From contig NW_019091357.1 in NCBI RefSeq assembly GCF_001949145.1, positions 1,295,210 through 1,359,209 on the forward strand: a stretch of DNA of 64,000 nucleotides. The letters are read 5' to 3'. The position numbers were made by a program, and so were the translations under genes. Origin of the DNA: Acanthaster planci. Taxonomy: Eukaryota. Below are positions 27,433 to 40,769 of the stretch, one piece after another (the first letter of the stretch is position 1; every line of letters starts with the position of its first letter). The notes below the pieces were generated by a model that was not told where the DNA came from, did no database searches, and saw nothing but the letters and a program-made list of their open reading frames with translations.

Positions 27433-28663
27433 GGGGGAAAATATAAGAAATCAGCATTGGCAAAACTCTCGATGTCAATTATGTCATGAGGGAAACGGAG
27501 GAGGCCGGTATTGATCAGTAATCAGCGAAGCATACGACCAAACACCTGCTATTGTTTCGCCTCGGTGACGTGCGCAATGCGACCTTGTGTGATTTTGGAG
27601 GGAATCGACATAGACCGAAATTATAACTTGACAGGATGAACAGTAGGTAGCACAACAAAGCAAGTATAACATCCAACAAGAACGTACGGCCCCATTTAGT
27701 GACCTGGAAACACGCACTCCACTGCTACGAGCTCTCGTCGGAATCCAACGGGCCAGCTGGCATGTCGACCCCGCCCCAATATTCAGGATCCCGGACGAAT
27801 ACTTTCTTGACGTTTTTAAGGGAAGAAGTCATGTTTACTCCCATTGTAAGATTAGCTCCTCGTCAGTGAATTGCGATCTCGTTACCACATAAGTGACGAA
27901 TAATATTCAAATGTCGTAGCCCTAATTTCTTGAATTTCAATAAAGTTCGGCTTGTCCTATAATTGTTAGCCCGACAGGTGATCTGGTTTTATACAATAGG
28001 GCCATCTATCGAGCCCAATCTTTGTTTTTGACAAAGTTTTGTCTGAGAAGTAACCGAGGCAGCTTTAGGGTATATGATCCCTGTGACTCAGCAGGAATAG
28101 GGTCTAGTCCCAACCTGAAAACTACTGATCAGAGCAAGGGTGGCGGGGGGGGGCTTTTCTTTCTTCATGTAATCCTTTATGGCCTTACTGAGCGGCGAGC
28201 CTACCTTTTCACAGGCTTTTCAACGCGATCTTTGAAGGAAGAGAAATAGAAAGACAAAAACTGTCTTTCTCTCATTATTGAAAAAGGCTCCATTTTAAGG
28301 CGTGGCCCCTGTTGTCTCCTCTCTCCTTGGTTCAGAGTGGCCCAGAATCTGAAACTGGGTCCGTTCTATCCTTTACCAAGTCAAAAAGAAGACCTGGCAG
28401 ATCAAAGACATTTTAACAATTTTTTTTGAGAAAAGGATAGAATGAATCCGATATTCCGGCAATAACTTATTCCAGACACGAGTTAAACTTTAACACTGAT
28501 GATCTGCAAGCAGTTCTGGTTTTCAAGTTCACGCAACCCCTGATTCCTTGCAGCTATGCATTTGTGGCGTGAACATGACACAAATTAAAGCCAAGATCGT
28601 TGCGGGAAACTCCGTAAACCGCGCGGAAGACTTTAAGAGACTATATATCTCGGACTGATGATG

Positions 28664-28828
28664 AAGCGCCTTTCCATTATGTGCGTCCAAATCACTCCCG
28701 GGGCGATTTTGATGGCCGAACGCAATGCACGCGTGTGTTATTGGAGTCGATTTTTATGTCACGGTGAAAGTGAAACGCATGAACGCATCGCAACGTAACC
28801 CTAAAACGTACATATGGAAAGGCGCCTT
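28664..28828. mobile_element. Palindromic MITE; related partial copy at about 43052-43215
   Basis: Ends AAGCGCCTTTCCAT ... ATGGAAAGGCGCCTT; internal gcgattttga.gg.cgaacgcaa and gtgaaagtgaaacgcatgaa shared with 43129-43191. Confidence 0.65.
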
Positions 28829-31800
28829 TTAGCTCCACATCTCAAAGCATCTCAAAGTCACCTATTCCAGCAAATCGAGGCTTAAATATTTGTACAAACA
28901 TAGAGCTACAAGCATGTACATGTTTGCAAAGTAACAATGTAATGACCGGTTTATCACCTTCATGGGTTCCTTTGTCCATGCCGCTTATACTCAAAAATGA
29001 TATCCAAAAAGTGCACACAACATTAATCAGGTCTTTTCACAATCTTAAACGCTTCCATATTTATTTTAACAGATAAAATCAGAGAAAACGTGTTTTCCTT
29101 TGAGTTGCTCTTAAAATTATTTTGAAAAGGCTCCTTTACGTCATCAGTCTGTACCTTCAGGCAGGTTTACGGAGGATTGCAAAGGAAGGGCTAAAAATAT
29201 AGCCAACCTTCGTAGAAAATGAAATGCCTATTCACCCTTGCGTTTACCAGAACAAATCCTTCGACTATGCAATGTTTGCACATTTCTTGGAAATATAATT
29301 GTCCCACGGCGGTGTTGCAGTGCCATTCCAATCAGAAATTGAAATGCATCATCCAAGCAAAGGGCGAACAAACATTACTGAAATAACTGCGTTATGACTA
29401 CCTCCTCGTCCTGAAGTACAAACTATTGTTTAACCACCTTCACACCGACTTTTGCCTTATAATGAATGATTGTTTTTCGTAATTTCACAGTTTGCAAATG
29501 ATTTATAACGTATTAAACTGTGCTCATCGCTTCAACCTCACGGCATCTCCACTCTTCCCGAGGGATCCGCATCATTAGGCCCGTACTGTCGTACGATCCA
29601 GCCATTACGCGCACATATAATTATGATTTGAACGACGGAACTTCCAAAACAATTCAAATTGTGTGGCGCGGCGCAGAAGTAGCATTTCAGCCACTTTACA
29701 CGGCTTGTTCCTGATGATCGGCACGACTAACTCGTCAAGGGACCGTCACTCCCTACCCCCTCCCATCTAACTTCGATTCCATGCCATGGGTTGCACTAGC
29801 CATGTCGGTTTCCACCACGCCTTGCGCGATCTCAAGTCCTAACAACATGCGGCATGCTTGTCCCCAAAGACGAGGTTGCCCGAAATCTGGTAGCTACGAT
29901 CGTGCCAGCAGGCCTTCCGTCACACCACAGATCATTTGGTCAATGGAAGTAGAAAGTGACTGTTTCTGTGAAACAGGGACTCTCCCCCTTCGCTGCGACT
30001 GCCGCCTTCCACTGACGGTCAGACACGAACAATGTCCCTGCTTAGTTTAGGTTCATTCAACAAAAGCCAAAATATTTATCCATTCTCAGTTGGATAGCTG
30101 CTTCGTGCTGGCTGTTAAAACCCATTTCCAAGAAATTTCGTTCAAGGACACAGAACTGGATGTGCCCGTAAAAAGGTGTCAAACTAAATTACACGCAAGA
30201 GGGCGCATTATGCTTGAAGGTCGCAGTCTACAGAATATTATCCGCAATTGGAAAGAAAACCTGCCCAAATTGTTTATAAACAGCCAAATATAATCAACGA
30301 CTTCGTAAAATCAATTAAGTATTCAAAGAACACTTTAAGAAATTTGTGAGAACATGCCAAAACAAAATCAATATTTTGAACTCTGACTTGAAAAAAAAAC
30401 GATGTTGAGAAAACTACATCACCGGGCTGGCATCTTAAATCGGATTGTTATCTGAAGTACACCGGGAATCCCAGTTTCTGTACGCTCCTAATAGTAACAG
30501 GATTTACAAGGCGTGATGTAATTATGCTCTCTACTGACAGGAAACCTGTTGTATTCAAACCATTCATTCTGTAGACTTCGGCCTTCATTTTGTACCATAT
30601 CCTGCATTTATTTTGCACCAATGAATATCCTGTAAATCTTCTCACAGACGGCATTATAGCTTTTGGCACCTTGCCACAGTTTGGCTTGCCTATTTCAAAA
30701 CAGACCTTTTATCTCCTTTGATCCATTTTCATCTTCCCGGTTTGCATCTATCAGCTTTCCAATTTGTTTTGTTAGTTACGATACTGATTAACCAAACTTC
30801 ATTGAACTAGGATAAGAAAGCTCCCATTTTAATATAAATTTTCCATTAAAAGTAAGTTCAAATAAGCATACTGAGGTGAAACAGACGGCGTAGCGATTGA
30901 TGAAAGCAGGATATATGGCTACTGCAGTTCTCTAGCCACTATCTTTTCGATGCAGACAGCTGAGGGTGAACCCCCCCCCATTGAGAGGCAAATTTTACCC
31001 ATGTCTAGACAGCCTTTTTATAGACAGTGTGTCGGGTGTTTACAAAGACATGTTTTTCAGTGACCTGTCTTCCCTGCGCAAAAACAAACCACTTTCATAT
31101 TTATCGAGGGAAATATTGATAAAAGCAAAATTTAAAGTACATTTCTATATAATTTACTATAGTAATGTATTACAACAACGGGGCAGACAAACCAAGATGG
31201 ACTGATATTTCTGGCGGTAATGTGCGCGAAGGACGCCAAACAAAACGTCACAGGTTACGTGGTGTGTTAATTACAGTATGTGTCATAAAGCGGTGTTATC
31301 TTGGTATCTGTGTCCCAGTCCCAAAAAGAAAAAAAAATAGACTAACAACTTGATTTCGAAGTTTGCCCTGAGTCTAGCAAATACTTGGCCCTAATTTCCA
31401 AACTCCATTACTCTACTGGGCCCAGTTCAGGCGTATCTAGTCAACACGTCTATGCGACAACTAAAGGTTATTCTGAGCTAAGATGTGTCACAACTTCACC
31501 CCAGATGTGAATTTATCTCGGAGACTGAACTTGACAAGTGTTTAATTTCAAATCCCCCATGGTGCCTGGGGATATTGGGGGAAACCAAATACACGTTGAA
31601 CGGTTGACATAACCTCCATTTTGCAGATCATCAGAGCTTTCTAACAACTGAATATCAAAGCCCTGACCTGCCTTTACCTTTCATTTTCTCTTTTAATAAT
31701 GAAAGTAGGATACGCGTTGTTTTAGCCTAGACGTAAGTGGTAGAGTATGCGAAATGGCTTATAGCGCTCACCTTGATTGATAGTACGGTTTTAGACAACA

Positions 31801-32030
31801 AAGGCATTTTGGTTTTCCAATGCTGTTCGGTTTTTCCCGCGACTGAAACTTATCAAAGACAAGACAGTCCCTTTTAAATTCCAGATTAAATCAAGGATTC
31901 GTTAGCTTACCAATACCCCCACAACCATGTTAAAAGACCTTTCGTTCTTTGGAAAATTAGCGGAAGAACACCGTTATTCAGTATTCACCTGCCCACGTAT
32001 GCGATGTGCACAGGATTACCATATGATGCN

Positions 32031-32125
32031 TTACAGATGGGGGGGGGGTGTGTTAGGTAACAATAGTCTAGCGTGTGTCTAGGGATTGGACATGGAGAGG
32101 GTACCCATCAGCCCCATATCATGCA
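32031..32125. repeat. Partial copy of the 170-bp MITE family also at 38742 and 42768; begins at an assembly N (32030)
   Basis: gtgttaggtaacaatagtctag.gtgtgt.tagggattggacatg...cccatcagccccatatc shared with 42863-42935. Confidence 0.75.
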
Positions 32126-33702
32126 CGGTATCGGATAAAAAATTCACGGCTTTCAGCCACGGCTGGTCTGTGTCTTTGGTTTTCTTCCCCGGAATGTGTG
32201 TCCCTTGCTACTGGGGCATTCGTCTCCAAAACAAGGTAGACGAAACTTTCACTATTCCTTGGGGAATTTCAGGCATCACTTTCTTTATTACTCTCAGGTT
32301 GGATAATGGGGAGATCTGCTGTTTGGAAAACCTGACAAGAAGTTATTTAAATCCGGCTGACGTTTCGTTTGTAAAAAAAAAAAAAAGGTTCTTGGCAAAT
32401 GTCGCGTTAATTTGCAAATCAGTGGTTTCTAGATAACGGAGGGGGGGCAGAATATCATTTTTGTTGAGCTGATCTGTGTAGGTCGTGGTCGCGTTAAGTA
32501 CAAAGGCCGGAGATTACCACTAAAAAAGTCTTTTCCCCACATCAGAAATTCAAGATTTGAGAATGACATAAAACACAAAGGGATAACAATTTAAACGCAA
32601 CAAGGACGTAGATCCCTGTGACGGTAGGTTTATACCTTGACGAGGGAGATGTGCCGTCTTGTTGGGAAGATGAAGCAACAAGTCTCATCTTTATCGATCG
32701 ATGTATTAAAATAAAAAGATTATGTTTACCGGTTACGAAATGCCAATTTTTCCTATGATAATACAGGCCTATATATGTTCTGCAAACCATCCTTCAGAAA
32801 TGACAAATCTCTACAGATTTATTCAGGCTTGCGTTCTGCAGTACCTGGGGTGCTTTTGAGGAATCCTTGGCGGTCAGTACCACTGAGAAAGAAATAACAA
32901 TAATGGACTAAACCTACAACACTGGGGCGCCCTCAACGGAAAAATGATGTAATCCAACCCGTTCACTCGTTAGTCTTTCTTTTCAATTCCAATTCTCTCT
33001 GATGTTCAGTCCCCCAACCAGGCGCGAATTTGACATATAAAGTCCCCTGCTTTGCCCAGCCCGCCCCTTCTCTGAAAGCACATCCTGTCGCATTCTTCAC
33101 GGATTACTCTTTGAGTTGCAACACAGCCTTTTGATTTTTGATTTCCTGACCAAAGTTTCAGATTTCTATGGACCCTTTTTGATCCTAAGAAGAAGAACAA
33201 AAAGCGACAATAAAAATTCCCTCCATTCCGTATTCCTCTTCCGTGTGCTTCATTCAACCTCTCAATTTTTGTTATCCACAATTTAATTTTTTTTATCTGC
33301 TTAAGTGCCGCCTACAAAACACGTGTCCTTTACAAACTAAAGCTTAATAAAGCTTAATATGTTTAATACAAAATATTCTTTTCAAAGCAATTTCCGGAAT
33401 GTACACAATTTCGGTGGCTTTTTCGACTGGAGGCCTTTTTTTTTTACTTAAAAAGGTCCTTTTTGTCGCTCACGGGACCTCTAGTCATTTTGATTTCCCC
33501 AGATTTCTCTTCCTATTGTTGCCCCCGTTAATTTTCCCTCGTGATGAATGTCTTTGTCGGGTAATCATGATTTCAACACCCCCTTAAAATATTTCAGGCA
33601 GAGCTGATCGGGAGACAAAAACGGAATTGGCTTAAGGATGTTAAGTGTCACCATGCATGCTTGAGGTAACCTTAGGTGTGTCTTTTGTTCTCCTTTAGCC
33701 TT

Positions 33703-33810
33703 GGGAAATTCCCTAACTAAGCAGAGAAATTGCGTCAGATTGCTCGGACGATCTAAAGAGAGCTTAGAAAGGTCAGATGCCCTCTCCGCAAGGTGTTAAA
33801 TCTATATAAG
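33703..33810 (+). promoter_or_regulatory. Promoter of IL-17 gene 3: NF-kB, C/EBP-ATF-like site and TATA
   Basis: GGGAAATTCCC 33703-33713, TTGCGTCA 33730-33737, TATATAAG 33803-33810; ATG at 33947. Confidence 0.7.
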
Positions 33811-33946
33811 GCGGACAGACCTGACTGTCAGAAACATCTCAAAATTTGACTGACCAGCCACCTCAACAAAGACACGGTGTGAAAACTAGAACGTAACAAG
33901 TGTTGCGCGGCTTATCCATCTGCATTTACTCCGCATTTCATTGATC

Positions 33947-34334
33947 ATGGCTCGCATCTCGATGACGGCCTTTCTGTTGGGTGTTTTGCTCTTTTCGTTC
34001 TCCTCTTTGGCGCACTCGTCTCCCGTTCGGAGAGACCGTGACACCTCCTCATCGGCCGGCCAGTGTGGGCAGTTGACGGCTCTTGAGCTTAACACTCACC
34101 TGCTTGGGATCCAAGACGATTCCTCATCTTTCGAGCCTGAGTTCACAGTGCCAACCGGCAGCCCTACCAACGCCGCGCCCTGCCCCTTGAACGCAAGCAT
34201 TGACGCCTCTATGGCTGTCAATGAGCGGGGCACGTGCCCGTGGAGCTACGAGCGAGAGGAGAATCGTAACCGTCTACCGAGGGTCATCTACCGAGCCGTG
34301 AAGTTGTGCACCAAGTGCCTGAATCCACGCACGG
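33947..34334 (+). CDS. IL17: IL-17 gene 3, exon 1 (CDS join 33947-34334,36594-36748; 180 aa)
   Basis: Signal peptide MARISMTAFLLGVLLFSFSSLAHS; VNERGTCPWSYEREENRNRLPRVIYRAVKLCTKCLNPRT; phase-1 donor G|GTAAGT at 34335. Confidence 0.92.
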
Positions 34335-36593
34335 GTAAGTGAACTCTAATGACCTTGTGTATCGTCAATACACGTTAACAACTGAAGTGTTCCTCACCAC
34401 ACTGTGTGCGGTTACAGTGACCTCGCTTTGAAACTGTTGAATCTAACATTTTCAAATGTTAAATCTAGCATTTTAATTTTTGAATCCAACTTTTCAACTT
34501 TCAATGCAATGTTTCAAAGACTGAATGAACAATTTCAAGGAAACATGTTGAATTAAGACTTAAATTATTCAATCAGTTTTCACTGTTGGGTTAATACTTA
34601 ATTAAAATGCTAAATTAAATGCATTTATTCAAACTGCTGGATTCAACATGTTCGAATTCAAAGTGCATGTAAGTGTTCGATTCAACATTCTAATTTAGCA
34701 GGTACCGGTGCTCTTCTGAGTATTTGATAGAGCAGTACAATATTGAACAATATGATGCCTTGTTGTTTTCAAAATGGTTGGCTTCTGTGTGTTGGGTTGG
34801 ACTTATTAGAGTAAAATGGCACAGACGGATCAAAGTTGGAAAATTGTGGGCTTTCTCCTGCGAGAGTGAGCAATATCACGTTCTTTGCCACGACGTTGGA
34901 TTGAAAATGGTCTCCAATATCTGTAATTAATTCCATATATATCTTCGAATTACAGCTGGTTTGGTTCCTTCGCTAGAATACGTCCTTTAACAGTGGAAAC
35001 CATAAATGCATTTGGGTGTTCAGTTTGGAGCAAATCTCAGATTAAATTTCCCTACATGCCAAGCAAAAGCTTCCATTTGAATTTTAACCCTTTGATTAAA
35101 AAAAAATGGATAACCCTAATGTTACAGAATTTATATAAATTGATGTGATCCATGCATGGCTTCAAACAAAAGGGGTTACCAATGAAACGATCCCCAATGT
35201 TTCACAAAAAGTCCTTATCCCTGCTGTGTTGCTTTTTAAAGAACGCGCGTGTCCGTCGCTCTCAGGTACTAAAAAAACAACAACCGCCTTTCACGGTTCA
35301 GCCAGTCGATGAGTCATGGACAGACTCGCGTATAGTCTTTGTTGGAACAGGGTTGGAAACGTCCTCCTTTCTTCAGTAAATAAATAGACTTTCACACTGC
35401 ATCCCTGCGGTTTCATGACGAATCACACGGATGGTTCCCCACGGAAACGTTCCGTACCCACCTTAATGTATTCTTTGCGGTTTGACAGTGATGTTCTCGG
35501 GAGTACCGGAACCCGGGAATTCCCGTCCGATAGGGACGAAATCCCCAGCGGGAAACCAGAATGAAATGAAGCCATTCTCACGTGCTGGCGGATTTCCACT
35601 GCTTGCACTCCTGTCAGATGTATAATGCTAGGGAAAAAAAGAAAAGAGGAACAACTCTGAAAAAAATCCTAATGTCAAATGAGTCATTTCAGAGCAGAGA
35701 TAGAGAGAAAGAAAGAACAGAGAAAAGTACATTTTTGACAGGCTTAGATAAATCTTGGAAGAATTTCCAGGGGATTATGATGTCAAAATTATTATTTGAT
35801 CAGCATGTTGTTCGATCTAAGGGGATATCCCCAAACTCGTCAGACATGAATATTCATTAACGAGAGCTAGTCTTACAATAAGCACAAAGATGCGTTTGCC
35901 CAAACGTTAATGTGTTTATCGGAGGAATTTTTTCACTGTCGAAGCTTTTGAATTGCTTGTGAAAGGTTTCCATTTGCTGTTCTAAAATGTCAGAATGCCT
36001 GTGGCCTTAGAATCTTTGTTTTGCGGTTCAAAAGCGCAGGTTTGCCAACAATCAGTGAGTAAAACTACATCTGGCTTAGAGTACAAAACGAAAGGAATAA
36101 TTCACAGTGTTTAAAAAGTCTCATTTAAATATCAAATTCTAAATAATTAATACTGCTACTAAACACCAACAGAAACTGCCTCCCGCGTCAACAACGAGGA
36201 AGTAATTACACATTTTCAGGCAAACATTTGTTGCCAACTAGGCATGAACTTTCATCCCGTAGAAACTTTGGCAACCCGTAACTCAGAAGCCCACGGGCCT
36301 TTTGCAATGGCGCCCTCTCGCTGAATAGAGGGCGCTATATCCTTTCCTTGTAACGTTAATCCCCTTGAGAAAAAGAGGTCTTGCCCAAAATACTAGGTTG
36401 CGTCTTAAAATTACACGCGAGTCTGTATAGTGGCTGGACTCAGGTCCTGTTGTGTGTGATCCTAAGCCACAGCCAATTCAGACACGGCCTCGTTATAGTA
36501 CACAGCGATTCGATTCAACCACCGGACAAGTACCCCTCATCGAAAAAGCTGAGGCACTGTTTCCAATTGTTCACCTTTTGGAATCTCCTGTAG

Positions 36594-36748
36594 GCGCAGA
36601 AATCCCTGATGCAGTCTGTGAACCAATCAATTACACCCTGAAGGTGATGAACCGAAGCGAATGCTCAAACGGCAACTACACCTACCAGGTCGGGTTCCAG
36701 ACGATCCCCGTGGCCTTCTCCTGTAGCCGTCCCGTCACTAGATCTTAA
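36594..36748 (+). CDS. IL17: IL-17 gene 3, exon 2
   Basis: Acceptor tctcctgtAG (36592-36593); phase 1 restores GGC; (G)AEIPDAVCEPINYTLKVMNRSECSNGNYTYQVGFQTIPVAFSCSRP completes the IL-17 domain. Confidence 0.9.
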
Positions 36749-38741
36749 TTAATGGAGAACTTGAATGGAAAACTACCAACGCAACTGGCAGACTATCAGG
36801 TGGGCTTGAATAAATAGGAGGGCGCCAGGGGTATTATGAAGTCGAAAAAATCAAAAGTGATTATTGATCGAAGTAACTTATCCTGTTTCTCCGAAGAGAG
36901 AGAAAAAAAGATGGTTTCGAGCTAAACAGACTTCTACTTTAGGCATGCACTTATGGTAATGGCACATAGCGCGGGGGAGGTAGAGTTTAGAAATTGTTAG
37001 CTTTCATTCATCGTCGACTGCCAAAAAACTAAAGCCCATGGTTTTCTTTGCCAGTATGACATTCCAAACCAGACCTCACTTTTTAATTAATTGGATTTCG
37101 AAATGTTACAGAGGCTACAATCTATATTTCAGATTATTTAGGAAAAAAATTTATTCATATTTATATTTATTATAAAATATTGATTTACGTACTCAGAAAT
37201 AAGGGTTTTAAACTTTTTTTATTTTGTCATAGAGTATTATGTATAAATTTCGAACAAATGGTAGTTTTTCTCACGTAGCTTGAGGGTTTTATTCTTGATA
37301 GCTGTTCTGTGATATTTAGAAACTGTGATATTTAATTAAAAACTTAAATTTTAAAGACTTAAAGCTCTGAAGAATGAACTTTTCATGTACTGTACTTATT
37401 GATGCACATATCCTTTTGACAGGATTCTTTATTATTGTGTTCAAGTGACTCAAACTGTAGTCCATTATTAGAGCAGTAAGGAGATTAATTTCCTCAGTAT
37501 TAAAGCAGGTTTATTCATTTTAAATAAACTCTAAAGAAAAGGAATAAAATTATGCATTCAACATGATCTTAGATAAGAAAAACTGTATCCACCATGTGGA
37601 TTGTAAGGTTCCTTATATTAAGGATAAAATTGTTATCCTAAGCGGTTGGAATCAAGTACTATAATAAAAACTACCTCACTATAATTTAATTTATACCTGT
37701 GATGATGAAGATTATTTTATCATCTATCTTTTTGTTATGCTGCTTTCTACGTTTCAATGCATCATTTTGTGGGTGTTTTATGTAGTATTTTTAGATTAAT
37801 TAACAGACCTGTTGATATTGTTGTTAAAGCTGTAATTGTTTGTCGAACGAAGCTACAAAGCAAACTATGCATGGATAATGAAAATGAATAGAGCTCAAAG
37901 TTTCAGAATTGCTGTCTTTGCTTATTAATTTAAAGTGTTTGATATCTGTGTTTGCCTGGGAAAAATCATTTCACCCCGTTCAAATCCCCTCCAACCTGTT
38001 CAACCGGAATCCGATGTTCCAACATCAGATAGAAAGCTCCGACCTTTTTCACTAAAAGAGTCTCTGTCCCACTTGCCCCTAAATAGAAACGAGAATCATT
38101 TCGCCCGTATCTCTTTACTCAAATTCATTGCGACTTTGGTTAATTCCGTAACGATCTGCTGAAATGGTGTTGGGGGGGGAAACATTTGTGTTGAATAGCA
38201 GCCTTATCCAATTTATTGGAAAGTCACTGGAATTTAGTTTTCTTTATAGAAACAGCAAACTACTTCAGCAGAAACTTCACCCCTTGATACGTGTTGAATA
38301 TTTCTGTTGCTTAAAGCTACACAGGTGGAATAAAGAGTGAAAAAATACATATTTTGACCAGCTGTTTCTAAACATATCAAAGTAAAAATGAAATTATCTA
38401 AATTTATATTTTTAATAATTTATGCTTCAACTTGGACAGTTTTCTAGTAAAATTGTGTAGCGTCAACGATGGCGCACTTTTCACAGGCTTGGCAGCCCGA
38501 ATTAATAAGCTGATCTAAAAATGTTCACTGCCCATTATCAGTGGGTTTCGGTTGCTGCTTAATTGTTTGCACAATAACGAAAGATCTCCAGAACGAATGC
38601 TTACAATCACTTCAGAGAGCCGGGACTATTTCTCTTTGGAGTTGCACAACCAACACTACTATGAACAATAGTATCGAAAGCTTGGGTGTCATGTAATTCG
38701 GGCTGTGCTTTGTGTGTCGCTGCTGCGTTATACACACAAGA

Positions 38742-38916
38742 CAAGATATGGGACGGAGGGGTACCCCCTTACCTGTCCAATCCCTATACACACTCTACAC
38801 TATTGTTACCTAACACATCCCCCCCTAGAAGTCTGTAAAGAATTCCTGAAATTCCGATCAAACAATGATCAACACAAAGGCGGGGGGGGGGGAGGCTCTC
38901 TCCGTCCCATATCTTG
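38742..38916. mobile_element. 170-bp MITE, inverted relative to the copy at 42768
   Basis: TIR CAAGATATGGGACGGAG ... CTCCGTCCCATATCTTG; body is the reverse complement of 42835-42935. Confidence 0.8.
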
Positions 38917-39419
38917 CTTCAAATGCTGTGTTAAACATAGCCCAGCCTGTACCCGGTACCATTTGTCATGAGATCGAGAGCTCTAAGTCGGTTTCGTTTG
39001 GGCTGGTTAGGGCAAGTGTCCTTTCCAGTTCTCCAGATACCACGTTCCCTCTCAACAGCGTTCAGCAGGTCGAGTACTGTTGCTCCACCGCCCTCCCCCC
39101 GGTTTACTTAATGCAAAGTGGAACAAATCACGATGACGTCACTGATTGCTTAGGCAATGTTGCTATAAAAAAAGAACTGCCTATCAAGCACTTTATTTTA
39201 ATGACATTTTCACGCGCAGGTTTCAAAATTTACACTTCGCTACTATAAACTGTATGTGTACTTGTATTTTAATGCTAAACCATTTCATAATGTATGGAAC
39301 ATTTTTTACGGCGACAATGAAAGTATCTCAAATAATCTTAATGTGGTTTTAACAGAACTTCCTCTTAATTTGCAAAGGAAATTTTTAAGAATACATGTAC
39401 CCAGGCAAACCTTGACCAG

Positions 39420-39805
39420 CATTTGACAATATCTAAGAAAGCTTACATACTTAAAATAATCGATTGACTTAGCGAACAACGACAAATCAAGCAGACATTT
39501 CTGTATTACATCCCTGTGAGTCGGGGTAAGGTTACCTTTGGGGACCGAGCCTTTGAATATTGCGCTCCGTATCTCTGGAATAAACTCCCATGTCATATTA
39601 CGTGTGTTACCAGTGTTATTACTTTTAAATCAATGTTAAAAACTTTTTAAGAAAGCATTTTATTAATTTAGAACATTTTTGTTTGGTCTATTTTATTCTA
39701 TATATCCTTGTAGCTAGATTGTTAATTTTTTATATTGTAACGTGCTCTTGAATATTTTATGGAATGAGCACTATATAAATTTAATTTAATAATAATAATA
39801 ATAAT
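39420..39805 (+). mobile_element. L2-clade LINE 3' end with (AAT)n tail
   Basis: TFGDRAFEYCAPYLWNKLPCHI...SVITFKSMLKT (L2 ORF2 C-terminal signature), then gagcactatataaat and (aat)n ending at 39805. Confidence 0.75.
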
Positions 39806-39946
39806 CCCAGTAAGCTTTCAGCTCTAGCTCTGCAACTTTACTAGCATTAAGTGTGTGAACGTGACAACCGCATCCCTGGGTGAAAAATCATGAGGTCATA
39901 ACAGTTCTTTAAACTTCAAAACCAAATTTCACGTCTTTAAAGAAGT

Positions 39947-40543
39947 TTAAATCCGCTCATTGAGGCGTTTGGGTATAATGGTGCATTGGAAAGCTACAAT
40001 CTGTTCTAGGTCTTCCACGTCGTACTGCATGATACCGCCCCGTTGGTCACACCCCCTCTGGCGTAAGACCTTGGTTAGGTAGGGGACTGGTTCACATCTC
40101 GTCCCCTCAATCAAGGCACCGTGCTGGTCCAGGCAGGCGCCGCATCGGTTGACGGCGTGAGATACGCTGACCGGGTAGCGGTGCGGGTCCCTATCGACAA
40201 CGTACCGCCACGGACACGTTGCGATCTCGTTCACGGCCCCGTCTTGGGGCGATTTCTCCCCGACAGGGCAGTCCAAATCTGACGGAGTATCGCCCAGGAG
40301 GCTAGTTGGATTGAAAATATGAATGTCTTGGACTGAGCGCCGAGGTTCAACGTCCCCCTCGTTGCCCGGGGGGCTAAGCACGACTCCACCGTTCTCTATC
40401 AGTAAAGAGAGAAGGTGGACGTCATCAGGAACGAGGCAACTGGTCTTCTCTTGATCTGCCTTCACCATTATCGACAGGAGCAAGACGACTGACATCATAG
40501 TAGTCTGCCCCCTCAGTAGGTGGGTTCTACGCAATGAGCCTGA
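39947..40543 (-). CDS. IL17: IL-17 gene 4, main exon: interleukin-17-family cytokine lacking one knot disulfide
   Basis: Acceptor ttcttgtacttgttcAG (40545-40544); hydrophobic MMSVVLLLSIMVKA (internal ATG at 40498); VNEIATCPWRYVVDRDPHRYPVSVSHAVNRCGAC...CEPVPYLTKVLRQRGC...EQIVAFQC. Confidence 0.92.
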   Translation of the reverse strand, partial: SGSLRRTHLLRGQTTMMSVVLLLSIMVKADQEKTSCLVPDDVHLLSLLIENGGVVLSPPGNEGDVEPRRSVQDIHIFNPTSLLGDTPSDLDCPVGEKSPQDGAVNEIATCPWRYVVDRDPHRYPVSVSHAVNRCGACLDQHGALIEGTRCEPVPYLTKVLRQRGCDQRGGIMQYDVEDLEQIVAFQCTIIPKRLNERI

Positions 40544-40769
40544 CTGAACAAGTACAAGAATATGAGATATTTTTTTTACAAAATTGTCACGGGACTGCAA
40601 ACGGTTTATTCCAAGCTGCCTGTTATGGGAATAACCAGATGATGAAGAAAGGAAGGAAAAACCCTGAAATTAAAAGCAGAACTTTCACACTCGCAAACGA
40701 TGTTACATATTGAAAATATGTTAGATTTGAAAGAAAAATGCATTAATTCCACCCTGAATCCGAAATTAC

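Noticed and set aside
27670..27920. Plus-strand frame WHVDPAPIFRIPDE...NCDLVT resembling an IL-17 fragment
   Set aside because: Only a short RIP-like match, no CPW or CxC, interrupted by a stop; indistinguishable from chance by eye.
29781..30050. Cys-rich ORF (PW, CFC, CDC, CPC) as another IL-17
   Set aside because: No signal peptide, no D..R.P or VLRR motifs, and the cysteine spacing does not fit.
30380..30790. Possible LINE reverse-transcriptase remnant on the minus strand
   Set aside because: Too degraded to find a diagnostic motif.
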